Part shown: positions 23,990-35,297 of the stretch, piece after piece
How the letters are laid out: each line of letters opens with the position of its first letter
Position numbering within the stretch: the first letter of the stretch is position 1
Source of the DNA: Diploschistes diacapsis
Taxonomy: Eukaryota
Assembly (NCBI GenBank): GCA_023645945.1
Contig: JALAIB010000051.1
Coordinates: forward strand, 1 to 40,040
DNA: 40,040 bases
Direction: 5' to 3'
Position numbers and translations under genes: made by a program
Notes under the pieces: model-generated
Database searches by the model: none
The model's input: only the letters and a program-made list of their open reading frames with translations
Told to the model about the DNA's origin: nothing

Positions 23990-25668
23990 CACTGAGTCAG
24001 TAGCTGCACAAGGGGAGCATTCTTGAGTGAGCAAGTCTGGCCATCCACCATATGCACATTTTCCCATATTTTGCCTACCGCTTCCTCGATAGAGAGCTTA
24101 ACATCTTTCGACGAGGAAAAGAGAGATCTTGAATTCTATTCAAAATCCACTTTATTCAAGCGAGTATTACGATGGAAGTCTACGGGCGGGAGGCTGGTCA
24201 TCGTTGTCAACTCTTTGATCCTGTCCTCTAGCCACATGTGCCAGGTTCGGTGTAAATGTTACCCATCGTGTGAGGCGCTGCTCATGATAGTCCTTTTCAA
24301 CTTTGACAAAGAGTGCACCAATCGGTGTAAGAACACGATCACGATCCGCTGCTGATCCAGTCGAAAATCCACTAATTAGCTGCTGCCAGTGTTGTCTTGT
24401 CTCTAATCATCGCCTCTGCATGATCAACCATAATTGGGGCAGAGACCGGTTTTGTAATCTTCTATATGACGCAGTAGCTAGCAGAGATTTGGGGTCCAAA
24501 ACGGGACAAGGAAAGCTCGAAGGATCGTTATAAGCTGTTTGGCACTGCCCGCCAGGAAAGGACTTGAATTGTCGGTCTTCTGAGCAACTCCTGGGTAATT
24601 GTTTCCATCACCAAGGCGATGTCTGCTATGATCGTTGAAGAATGGGGGATATTGTGATTGGATCTTCACAGAATGCACTTGACCTATTTCATAGTCGATT
24701 TAACGTAACTCCTTCCGCCATTAACGTGACAGTATGCTGAACGAGGAGTAAGTTGCCTCAAACGAGAAAGACTGACTGATAGCAAAGCATCGCCGTGATG
24801 CTTTGAAATCGATCCTTTGTGGTCCCATTAGTAGTCCAACATGGAGTTGGCTCAAAGAAAAAGTTCCTGTTCCCACACACTTAGTCTTTTGGAAGATATT
24901 GCCGAAACCAAAAAGTGATGCATTGGGAGTAACATACCCACTGCTTGCCGGCCAGTTAAGTCTCTTCGCTGCCAAACTTTTGAGAACTGTTGTTTGTCGA
25001 CAGCCAGCGGTGATTGAGCGTTTGCAACTCCAAAAGCTCCGGCTACTTGCGAACTACCATTTGTCGAGAACGGGTTGGTCGAAAATGGGTTTGTCGAAGG
25101 CTGTGCTTGAGCGATTGTGGTTCCCAAAGGTCCCAAACCCCAAGAGTGATTGCTCGGGGAGGACGATGGCGGAGTGTTTGAAGAGCCAAAAGGTCCCCCG
25201 CACCCCAGTCCACTGCTTATGGCCAACGGTGGTTGAGCTTCTAAGGTGATAGACGCAGCTACTGGAAGATCCTGTTTGCCTTGGGTATTTTGACCGGGCC
25301 TAACGTTGCCAAATAGACTAGAAGAGGCACATGCGCCAGGCATCGTAGTTCTAGAGCTATCGACAGGGGACTTTGATGCTAATGAAATGGGCTGGGGACT
25401 TCCAAACGAGTTACCCGTTTTACCGGACTTGAAAATATTCACCACCTTATGCTGACTGCTTTTTGCTAATGCATTGAACGGACAAGTTTTTCGAAGGAAG
25501 GGGAAAGAGGTTGGCTTCTTTAGCCGAGAATTTCTGCTGCCCTACGTTGCTGAACAGAGATTGCTTCGACAAATGCTTTTGTGCTTGGCTATACCAGCGA
25601 GCCAGAAGAAAACATAGCACAGAATCACCGAAACAAGCCATTCCATCTCCTTGCGAGGTATTGGACAA
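23990..25668 (-). pseudogene. Frameshifted relic with an FG-like low-complexity N-terminal region followed by a helical-looking segment
   Basis: Adjacent ORFs 25447-25668, 24852-25445 and 24721-24975 lie in different frames and carry SLFSN, SSLFGN, GPFG, STNPFSTNPFSTN, GAFG, SLFGFG. The frame at 24360-23990 has 2 internal stops (TAA, TAG) in about 120 codons. Confidence 0.45.
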
Positions 25669-26294
25669 GTTGGATAGTTTGATACTACTACGCCAGACCC
25701 CAGCTGTGAGCTGTCCATGGCTGGCGTCTCTCCATGGTCAGTAGAGGCTGTACCGAGCCAGATTAGCCCTATTGGCTATGTGTTGTTGTGTAGCAGGTTC
25801 AACATGTTCAAACAGTAGTGTTTATATGGATTCACAACCTTAAAGTGGCTACAAGGTGGAACCATACCATGACTATCTCAATTCCTTCCACGAGCTCTCC
25901 CAATTCCCTTTATTGGAAACGCTGTGAGTTCTCGCAGGCTCTCGCAGCCTCAACCAGTGCGATGAGCAGCACACCAAGTGTGTAGTCAAGATAGCCGTTG
26001 GATGATGCTTCGTGCGTGAGCTTTGGCCAAGGGATGAAACCAGGCGTCAGAATACAACGTGAATGTAGAAAGCACTTGATGGCATTCTTTTACAGCAACA
26101 TCTTACACACAAATGACCCCAAACAGCTGAAGAGCTCGACTCGATTTCGCCAGACTAAGCTTGTTTAGGAGATTCATCTTGTGCCTACCGCGGCTCCTAC
26201 ACTTTTTGCTTTATTCAAGTGCAGTACGCCCTAAGTACTCTATATCAACGAACATAGGGTTCTCTATTCAGGACCATGCGGGTACTGTGTTGCT

Positions 26295-27645
26295 CTATCC
26301 AGGGAACAAGTATGCAGCAGCCAAATCTATGTTACCCTCTGCTATTTCTAAAGCCTGGCGCGCCTCCTGTTCCGGAAATCCCATCTGCATGAGTTGTTGG
26401 ATCTTTTCTGCAGTCGAAGGGGATGCAGTCGACGGTCCAGCAGCGGTAGTCGATCCCGTGGCAGGCTGTGTAGCTACAGCAGGCTGTTGTGTTTGCCTAA
26501 ACGATGTTTTCAAAGTTGTACCTGACTCTTGAGCCTTGCCTTTCTCCGGATCGATTGCCATAGGCTTGCCGCTTGGACCAGGCACCGAAGGAAGGGGGTT
26601 TTTGTTAGGAATCTCGGACTCTGGCAGAAATGGAACTTCATCGTTCCCGATGCGAAGGACGCTTTTTTTAAGGTCCACGCAGGCCTGGTACCTTTTGAGC
26701 ATGTCCAATCCAAGCAACATGTCCATAGAACTACCCTCGACGACCGTGAAAGCGCAGTCCATGAAATTGTTGCCAATCTGAATGTCCACGCCGAAAGCTC
26801 TGCCAAGAATAGCGGCTTCGCCAACGCCTTGAACTTTTCCCTTTGCACGCTTGTCGACCATGTAACCTATATTGCACTTTTCCGCGCATTCAGGAGATAC
26901 AATAGTTATTTGTGCTCCAGAATCGACGAAGGCTTTGACAGGTATACCGTTCAAAAGAACGGGGATATAGAGCATGGTGACCGAAGCCAGAACTGAGAGG
27001 AGAGCATTAGCCAGGCCAATGAGAAGCTCCAGCAAGTCTTACGTTCGGGTGCCGTTTCATAGACTTTATCTATGTTCTTTTGCCATCTTTCTTCATTAAT
27101 CATTTCTTCGATCTTCCTCTGAGCTTCAGGATCCAGTGATGCCGACTCATCGTGGAGCATATGTAGCGCCCGCTCTTTCTCCTCGCGTTTAGCTCGAGCA
27201 ATGTTCATGTAACACTCTGCAAAGCGAACAGGGTCATTCCTGAGCTCTACAAGCTCCGGCTCATGGGCTTGAACTTCCTCGCGCAGTCTCTCGTCTTGTA
27301 GAAGCTGAAGCCTGAGTCCCTCCGCAGTAGGGTCGGTTCTTTGACGCTTCCCGCTCGATTCGGGTTGAACCTTGCGTACCGAGATCATGTCTTCGTTCTT
27401 GATACCCGCTCTTTCTAGACTGAGAGACTCATCCGAGAGAACGCTCCCATTGAAGATCAATGTCTGGTCGCCGGCAGCGACACCAATTAGGGGCTCCAGG
27501 ACTGCCTTGAGATCTTTAACAGTGCTTTCTGGCGAGACGTCGTCAAGCGGAATAAACAATTCATCCTCCTGGTTTCGAGCGTCGATAGTTATCTGCCTAT
27601 AAATAGATTAGCGCAGGTCATAGCATGATTGAGATTACCATACAT
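26295..27645 (-). CDS. DDI1: DNA damage-inducible protein 1 (UBL, helical domain, retroviral-type aspartic protease, UBA)
   Basis: UBL (STVKDLKAVL...QTLIFNG), AQRKIEEMI linker, VTMLYIPV..NG.PVKAFVDSGAQ protease motif, LLGLDML, and UBA (IQQLMQMGF...ALEIAEGNIDLAAAYLF). Start codon AT|G split by intron 27597-27643; second intron near 26993-27041. Confidence 0.95.
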
Positions 27646-28170
27646 AGTGCAAGCGGGCGAAGATACTTGGGACTAGACTGCTGGGAAGATTGTGACCAGA
27701 GATTCCATCAGATATTGGGCTAGTGAGGCAATTTGATGTTCGTAAACAGTCAAGCAGCGCGCAAGCCAACACGGGAACAGTCTGTGGCAATCCCACTCAA
27801 TGTACGCGACGCACAGCGGTGCCTACCCATGTTGGTAAGCTTTTGGATGCCAAAAGAAGCTGTTGGAAAGGCTTCACACCATCAGCAGCACACAAATGCA
27901 AACTTCCGGTGTTGACTCCGACAGGGCTGTAGATACGAGCAATTGGGACCTGGAAGCAGGGTGAGTGAGTGACTGTGGCTGGAGAAGCGAACACCGCCTC
28001 ATCAGACCTCAGACCTCGTCATTGTGGGACTCGAATTATTCAGGTTTCATGCATGAACTTGAACTGTGAGATGGACACCTGATAATGCGCATACCCAGGG
28101 AACCACAAGCAATCCGAATACACAATCAATAGCACAAAAGAAAGTCGTACTAGAGTTTTCTTGCTATACA

Positions 28171-29371
28171 ATGCCGAGGGATCTATTCCCTCAGAAATCG
28201 CCCAGCGACCTTATACTAACAGCGAGCCCCGAGATGAAGTCCCCCTCAAATCGATCAGACTCGGATGAGCCGGAGGAGACGAGAAACGAGAATTGGATAT
28301 TCAGAGATGAGAGGGATCAACTGGAAGTCGGCTTGTCCGCCAAGATGAAAGCCAACGATGACCTCCATCCCCACGTGCAAGTGTTATCAATCAGCGACTT
28401 GGATGCCTGTGTGGCCTTAGAGAATGCATGTTTCCCTGAAAATGAAAGATGCTCAAGAGAAAAGGTAGTGTCCTATCTTTCATTCACTTCTCGTCCAACC
28501 GGGGTTTTTGGACAGCGTTGAATCGTTCCCTTCCCTCCGTGAAAGTTACTCATACATCCCATTTCTTCAAAACGGGTCAATACATCTCACCCTCGACCAG
28601 CAGCGCTGACCGCCCCTAGTTCATCTACCGCCTGACAACTTGCCCCTCCCTCTCCCTTGGTCTATACAGCAGCACAACCGCCTCCCCTAACCCAAGCACC
28701 CAAGCCACCCATGACGCCGCCCGCACCCCCGACAGCCAGAAACCCGCCCACAAATCGCTGCTAATGGGCCAAGTAATCGCCACTCTCACCACCGCCTCCA
28801 CCATCACAGAGCGGAGCATGGACTACCCCCGCTCCTTCCCCTCGCACCCAGACTACACCGCTTCGAACACCGACGCCGCTTCTTCCAACACGGCTGCCCC
28901 TTCCTTCACCCCCTCCACTTCTAAAGAAACCAACAAGAGACCCGACATCCTCCATCGCGAACCAACCGAGTCCCTCCCCGACTCCTCTTTCCCGCGCATG
29001 GACCAGTCCGATTCAGAGCCCGGCCACCACCCCCTCGGCCGGACGCTCGCGATTCACAGCGTGTGCGTACACCCTGCGTTCCAGAAACTTGGCCTGGGCA
29101 AGACGCTGCTCAAGGCGTATCTGCAGCGCATGGAGGGCTCGGGGATAGCGGATCGGGCAGCGATTATTGTCAGACCGGAGAAGGTGGGGTGGTATGTGGG
29201 TGCGTTTGGGTTTCAGGATAGGGGGAATAGTACATGTGGGTGGGCGGGTGGCGGGTGGAGGGATTTAGTAAGGTTTTTTTCTTTTTCCGCGTTGATTAAT
29301 CGGCGATGGGAGAGGAAGGCTGATGTGTGGAGCAGGTATATGACTTTAAGGATTCGACTTTATGGGCTTGA
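28171..29371 (+). CDS. GNAT N-acetyltransferase, polyamine/arylalkylamine acetyltransferase (Paa1-like); 3 exons
   Basis: LSISDLDACVALENACFPENERCSREK|FIYRLTTCPSLSLGLY, LMGQVIAT, GHHPLGRTLAIHSVCVHPAFQKLGLGKTLL (acetyl-CoA motif A), GGGWRDL|VYDF. Introns 28465-28619 and about 29268-29335. Confidence 0.88.
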
Positions 29372-29643
29372 TGGGCTGAGGAGTTAGACGTGATGACTCT
29401 TTCTTTACATTGTGCTACGCTGCGGGGAGTAAAGGATGTGAGTTTTCCCAGCATGGCGTTGATGGACAGAAGCTTATGGTAGTATTCACGTTGGAAAACA
29501 TAGTAGATCCTTTGTGACAGATGTGTGGCTGCTCATCGTTGTTTCAATCATTGCCAAACCATTGTGGTCTGTCTAGTAGGCCGCACTTCGAAATTCTTAC
29601 TTTGGTAGCCGGTACCAGACCTGATGCTCTTCCGTCAATATTA

Positions 29644-31215
29644 TCATCTCGTCTTATAGACACAAGGCTTCAGTACCCTTCCCTCCTCTTCCGCAGTTAT
29701 CTGCCCACCCTCATCGTCGATGAACTTCGGCCGCTTCTCCTGCCCGCCGTCCGTTTTCACACACTTCCCTCTTGCTGCAGGCAGCGCCTTCAAAAACCTC
29801 ATCCTGACAAACATCTTATTCCCCACGTCCGGCTCTCCCTGAAGCACAAAGCCCCTTCTTCTCAACACCGCCACAAAGGCCGAAACATCTGTACTCGCTT
29901 GCGGTGTGGCCGTGACCTCTTCTGCTAGCCCCAACTCCTCCTCACCCTGAGCTCCATCCTCTTCCTTAGGTCCCTTCTTGCCTTTCCCTTTCTTGCCACC
30001 CTGGTCTTTGACTCTGTTGCCGACGCTGTGATCCACCCTTCCTCCTCTCTTTGGCGCACCAAAACGGCTCGCTACCTCCGCAATCCAGCACTCGCCCTTC
30101 CACTTCAGCACGCGATATGCTTCTTCAATGAACTCAATCCAATTGGTCCCCATGAGGGCTAGACAGAAGATGGCTACGTCGACGCTTGCGTCGGCGAGGG
30201 GAAGAGAGCGAATATCGGCGACGGTGACGAAGGAGTTCGGGGCTGCTAGGTCGTACGATGTGATGACAAGCTTGAGTTTTGCAGCAGAGACTTGGAGGCG
30301 TTGGGCGAGTTTGGCCTCGCCGCAGCCGAGGTCGACGATTGTGCAGGTGCTTGGGCGGAAGCCAGTCCGGGGTAGAGGGTCAAGGGTGTTGGAGCTCTTG
30401 GGATCAGGGCCGGATAACCTGGGATCCGAAGACAACCTTTGATCGTTCTGCCCTCTTTTGTTCTTGTGTCTCTTGTCTGTGTTCATTGCACCTCTGCCAT
30501 CTTCTCGTCCACCTCTTCTTTCGCCCCTTTCAAGGAGCCATCTGGCGAAGCCGTCCAATGGGTTTTCGGGCCAAGAAGAGACTTGGCGCCGGAAACCTTC
30601 ATGGTATTCAGAGAAGAAGCTGGGATTCTGCTTGAAAAGTTCGTGAGATGAGACGGAGGAGGTAGTGTAAAGAGTCTCGTTTAGGTAGCGGAAGCGTGAT
30701 GAGATGAGTTTCTGGCGCATCTTGGCTTGAAGGGGCGTGAGTTTGGAGTCTGGAGAAATCTCGGGAAGGTCTGCAATCAAAGACATTGCGCTCTCATCTC
30801 CTTGCGAGAGCTGCATGCTTTCATGCTTGTTCCCAGTATCACCCTTCTGCTTTCGATTTTTTCGATTTTGCACTTCTGATCCTCGCTGCGGGTCTTGACG
30901 AGGTTGGTCCGGCGTTGCATGGTCGTCCACACCACCATTTAGCTTCTGGCGTTGATATGCGTCTTCAGCGCCGTCGTCACGTCTCAATGCCTTGGTTTTT
31001 GTCCCGGTCTTAGGAGGTGCACCTCTTGGCTTTCTTTTTTTCCCTCTGCCCTCGACATGTTGTTCCCATAACTCCGCGACATTGGCAGAGTCAACACTGC
31101 GCTCCTCTGCGCTCCTATTGTTCCTCTTTCGCTTTTTGTTCTGTCCCTCCTGCGGCGAGGCTTCCTGTCGCTTGAGCTTGTCCGCCGACACAGACCAACC
31201 TGGGACAGCGAACAT
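29644..31215 (-). CDS. RRP8: 25S rRNA (adenine645-N1)-methyltransferase Rrp8
   Basis: MFAVPGWSV start, LTPLQAKMRQKLISSRFRYLNETLYT, YHEGFRRQVSSWPENP, IVDLGCGEA, AIFCLALMGTNW, C-terminal LKPCVYKTR. Single exon. Confidence 0.96.
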   Translation of the reverse strand: MFAVPGWSVSADKLKRQEASPQEGQNKKRKRNNRSAEERSVDSANVAELWEQHVEGRGKKRKPRGAPPKTGTKTKALRRDDGAEDAYQRQKLNGGVDDHATPDQPRQDPQRGSEVQNRKNRKQKGDTGNKHESMQLSQGDESAMSLIADLPEISPDSKLTPLQAKMRQKLISSRFRYLNETLYTTSSVSSHELFKQNPSFFSEYHEGFRRQVSSWPENPLDGFARWLLERGERRGGREDGRGAMNTDKRHKNKRGQNDQRLSSDPRLSGPDPKSSNTLDPLPRTGFRPSTCTIVDLGCGEAKLAQRLQVSAAKLKLVITSYDLAAPNSFVTVADIRSLPLADASVDVAIFCLALMGTNWIEFIEEAYRVLKWKGECWIAEVASRFGAPKRGGRVDHSVGNRVKDQGGKKGKGKKGPKEEDGAQGEEELGLAEEVTATPQASTDVSAFVAVLRRRGFVLQGEPDVGNKMFVRMRFLKALPAARGKCVKTDGGQEKRPKFIDDEGGQITAEEEGRVLKPCVYKTR

Positions 31216-31747
31216 TGTGCGCTCCAGCTGGTTGCATCAAAGAAGGGCTTAGACCTCGGCTTAAAATCTCTGTAGAACCAGCGAATCGGAGCCGTACTAT
31301 CGTGCCGACGTTTTTCCAGGGTTCTCGTAACGGGCCGATCAACCTCAACGTCCGTTAACCGTCTCGCGTGAGATGCTCTGTCACAGTCTCATGTAGGCAT
31401 CACTTCTTATAAACCTCCTCACGCATACTTTAGCATTACTCTCCACCCCCTTGATCGTATTCAAGCTTTTTTCGCTTTTATTATATACCAAGGCTAAGAA
31501 AACGACAGAAACGCAAGGATAGAGTGATAAGGGTTCAACAGAACCTGAAACCAGTACACTAAGCACGACAGACCAGTGACATTATCGCATAAGGCTCGGC
31601 TTCTGTGTTTCCAGTCTCTGCATGTTTGCTATGATCTCTCGGAACCTGTATGGAGCGTGAGCTGGTCGACAGGTGGGCTCGCAAACGGTATTTCGGGTGA
31701 AAGCCCCCGTGGTACACATTGCAATAAAAGCAGTGGTGTCTAAGATT

Positions 31748-31905
31748 GTAAGTAAGTCCCGGTAGCAGTCGAAGAAGATTTATACAATCTGCCGGTCCTT
31801 AATGTTTAGGAGGCCGGGAGACCACTTCGGACCTTCTACCATCTACATCCCAGAATTCGTTCTTTCTCCATGCTTTACTTTGCTAACCATGGCCAAAAAA
31901 AACAG
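31748..31905 (+). promoter_or_regulatory. Putative 5'-UTR intron of the MTHFR gene
   Basis: Overlapping donors GTAAGTAAGT (31748 and 31752), a pyrimidine tract, branch GCTAAC 31882-31887 and acceptor CAG 31903-31905, 19 nt before ATG 31925. Confidence 0.6.
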
Positions 31906-31924
31906 GCATCCTATTGATCGGAAG

Positions 31925-33940
31925 ATGCATATCTCTCAGAAACTGGCGGAAGCCGAACAGGCTGGCAAGCCCGTGTTCTCCTTTGAGTTCTTTCCCCCAA
32001 AGACTGATCAGGTGCGTCAAGATGTCTTTTGTAGTGCTTGTCCTGCTTACAGTAGATTAGGGGGTCCAGAACTTATACGATCGTGAGTGGTATCACATTG
32101 CTCATGCGCTTACTGCAAACTGATCGATGCAGGAATGGACCGAATGCATGATCTGGGTCCTGCGTTTATCGATGTCACATGGGGAGCTGGGGGAACTTCG
32201 TCCAAGCTCACCTGCGAAATGGTCAGGGTGGCACAGTCAATCTATGGCCTCGAAACATGCATGCACTTGACTTGTACAGATATGGAACGGGAGAAGATCG
32301 ACTATGCTTTGAAAGAAGCCCACGATGCTGGATGTACAAACATTTTAGCTCTTCGGGGAGACCCTCCACGTGAAAAGCAGAAATGGGAAGCTGTCGAAGG
32401 GGGGTTCCGTTACGCCCGAGATCTCATCAAATACATTAAACAAACCTACGGTGATCATTTCGACATTGGAGTTGCCGGGTATCCAGAAGGCTGCGACGAC
32501 AATCAGGACCCGGAATCTCTAATGCAGCATTTGAAGGAGAAGGTTGACGCTGGGGGCACGTTCATTGTGACACAGATGTTCTATGATGTAGATCTGTTCC
32601 TCAAGTGGGTTGAAAAAGTCCGTGCAGCCGGAATCAAGGTACCCATCGTCCCAGGCATCATGCCTATTCACACTTACGCAGCGTTCTGGAGGAGAGCAAA
32701 TTGGTCGAATTGTCGGGTGCCTCCTGAGTGGTCAGAGGCTCTCGAGCCGATCAAGAACGACGATGCTGCCGTCAGGGAGGTTGGTAAAAGTCTCGTCGCT
32801 TCGATGTGTCGAAGAATCATTGCAGCGGGGATCAATTCTCTTCATTTGTGGGTTTTGGAGTCGCCAAGTTGGAGATTAGTCCTAACATCTTATACAGCTA
32901 TACAATGAACCTAGCACAAGCAACTCGCATGACGCTAGAGGAACTAGGCCTAGTTGGTGCTCACACCCCTTCACAACGTCCGCTTCCCTGGCGTCAGTCG
33001 CTAGGATTGAACCGTAGAGATGAGGACGTCCGTCCTATCTTTTGGAAGAACAAGCACAAGTCATACGTCACGCGCACGCAAGACTGGGACGAGTTTCCGA
33101 ACGGAAGGTGGGGGGATGCTAGGTCTCCAGCCTTTGGCCATCTGGATACTTACGATATTGGCTTGAAAGGTTCTAATGAGCAGATCATCAAACTATGGGG
33201 CGAGCCGAAATGCCTGAGTGAGGTGGCCGACATTTTTGTGCGCTTTCTCAGCGGCGAGCTGACGACTTTGCCATGGAGTGATACGGGATTATCGTCCGAG
33301 ATTGACGACATTAGGAATGATCTGTTGGATCTTAACAAGCGTGGCTTTCTAACAATCAATTCACAACCTGCAGTAAACGGTATCAAATCTTCAGATCCTG
33401 TGCACGGCTGGGGTCCTCCTGGCGGGTACTGTTACCAAAAAGCATACCTGGAGCTTTTGGTTCCGCCGTCCATGATTGATCAGGTCCTTGATCGTACCAA
33501 AAAGCAAGAGAACATGACCTACTACGCGGTGAGCAAGGACGGGGAATTGAAGACGAATGCCCCAGAGGAGGGTCCTAATGCTGTGACGTGGGGTGTCTTC
33601 CCCGGCAAAGAGATTGTACAGCCAACAATTGTTGAAAGTGTTAGCTTTATGGCTTGGAAAGATGAGGCTTTTCACTTGGGAGAGGACTGGGCGAGATGCC
33701 ATCCGTCGTCGAGCCCCACGAGACGTCTTTTGAAAGACATTGTGAACAACTGGTATTTGGTCAACATCGGTAGATGCCATCCCAAAGCCCATTGCAAGTG
33801 CGGAAAAACTAACAAATTACTTAGTGAACAACGATTTCCACCAGACCCATGAGATCTTCAAGGTCTTTGATGGTCTCGAGGTCTCCAATATGGACCAAGT
33901 GCAAGTCAACGGCGTGGGTGACGAAGGTCTGAAGAACTGA
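31925..33940 (+). CDS. MET13: Methylenetetrahydrofolate reductase (Met13-type); 5 coding exons
   Basis: MHISQKL...FSFEFFPPKTDQ|GVQNLYD|RMDRM, FIDVTWGAGG, ETCMHLTCT, ILALRGDPP, VAGYPEG, IVTQMFYD; SAM-binding regulatory domain WDEFPNGRWGDARSPAFG and NAVTWGVFPGKEIVQPTIV. Stop TGA 33938-33940. Confidence 0.95.
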
Positions 33941-34420
33941 ACGGGCGGTCATGATTCAACAATTGGCGCACGTGGAGGAGTTCAGAAACCACAAGATGGG
34001 GAGGATGGTTTTCAACAAGCGGCGTGCATTGTGTTGCATAGGAGAGGCATAGCGAGGCGCGATGGGCTTTGAATTCAACATGATACCCCGACGGCATGAT
34101 TATGGGAAATGGAACGTCTCTCAACGAGACGCCCGCGGCGCAGCAATAAATGTGTTTGTTTGGCTAGAAAATGCAAGGTCATCCACAATGTCCTTGTGAA
34201 AACAAGATGTAGCGCGTTGCTCAGCCACCTCGGATGTCCGGTGAGTTCTCCAGCGTCTTCCATCATCTGGGAAATTGGCTAGATGGGAGGAATGCTTTCT
34301 CGGCGCAGAGGAACTCTGTGCAGCCCACGGTGTACCTTAGGCATTGGACATTAGGCTTCAGGCATCAGGCATAGAACAACTTGAAGCTAAAGCCAGAAGT
34401 AGTATGTAGTAACTTTGCGC

Positions 34421-34453
34421 GAACGCCACTATGCACGCCACTATGAACGCCAC
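34421..34453. repeat. 12-bp tandem repeat (about 2.7 copies)
   Basis: gaacgccactat gcacgccactat gaacgccac. Confidence 0.7.
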
Positions 34454-35297
34454 GGCTGGGATTGAGCCAAGGGGCGGGCTCGACACTCCGCCATTCGACA
34501 TTCGATACTCGATACTCTCCACTCACCCGCGCTATGGTGCCGGGAATCCGCCAGGGTGGACATCAGCCGGCTATGTTTCCCGTTGGAGGAGCCAGCCGGG
34601 GAAGGACTAATGGTTTCCGCTCCCTGCAAGCCTGTCTCCGCAACGTTATGCACCAGTGACATGACTCAGCCTGTAAGGCATCACTTCCTTCAAGGTTGGT
34701 CACCGAGGCGAGTTCCTACGCATATGCAGTTCGATAGCATAAAGTACTGTGATTGATGCCCAAAAGTCGCCAAGAGGTCGAATCACAAACCCATTCTCAG
34801 GTCGGAGAACGGGTTGATGGCGCTCTCAAAGCACAAGAGAACTTCAACCCTGCAGTTCACCACTCCATTCGGATAGGACATTTTTCTCAGGCGTAAGGGC
34901 AGATGCTGGGTCGGAGAGCCGGTATTTAGAGGGTTTGAGCACGTTGTTGGAGGCTCCTAGTTCTGCAGGAATCAATCAATTGTCTTGTTGTAGTGAAAAA
35001 CCGCTTTCTCTTATCTTCTTTCCAAATGCTTCCCTGACCTACTTTGACAGCGGTGTCCTAACTTCCATTTTTAGCATGACCCACGTGCCCTTCCACACCC
35101 AAATCTTTTGCCTCGCTATCCGATCTTTTCGCCCGTTCCTTTTCCTCTTCCTTCGTTCGCTTGGCCCTCTGAATGTCCTCGAGCACAGTTGTTGGTAAGG
35201 CTTCTACATGAGGAGATGCAGTCCCTCGACCGTTAGGGAGGGGAATCTCGACATCAACGGCTTTCCCGTCGTGGAAAAATCACCCTTCCAGCTGCGG

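Noticed and set aside
17640..25668. Alternative genetic code (TAA/TAG read as Gln) explaining the interrupted frames
   Set aside because: Conserved genes in the window end in TAG or TGA and have no internal stops, and the relics also contain frameshifts.
14800..25900. Starship or transposon identity for the island
   Set aside because: No DUF3435 tyrosine recombinase, transposase, RT or integrase motifs, and no convincing terminal repeats or target-site duplication seen.
31681..31770. Resemblance to the bacterial c-di-GMP-I riboswitch (GCAAA, GAAA loop, CTAA, GGTAGC)
   Set aside because: The matches are short words, spacing and junction do not fit, and the context is a fungal nuclear gene.
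34421..34517. Short tandem repeats as a CRISPR-like array
   Set aside because: Contiguous 12-bp and 7-bp units with no spacers, in a eukaryote.
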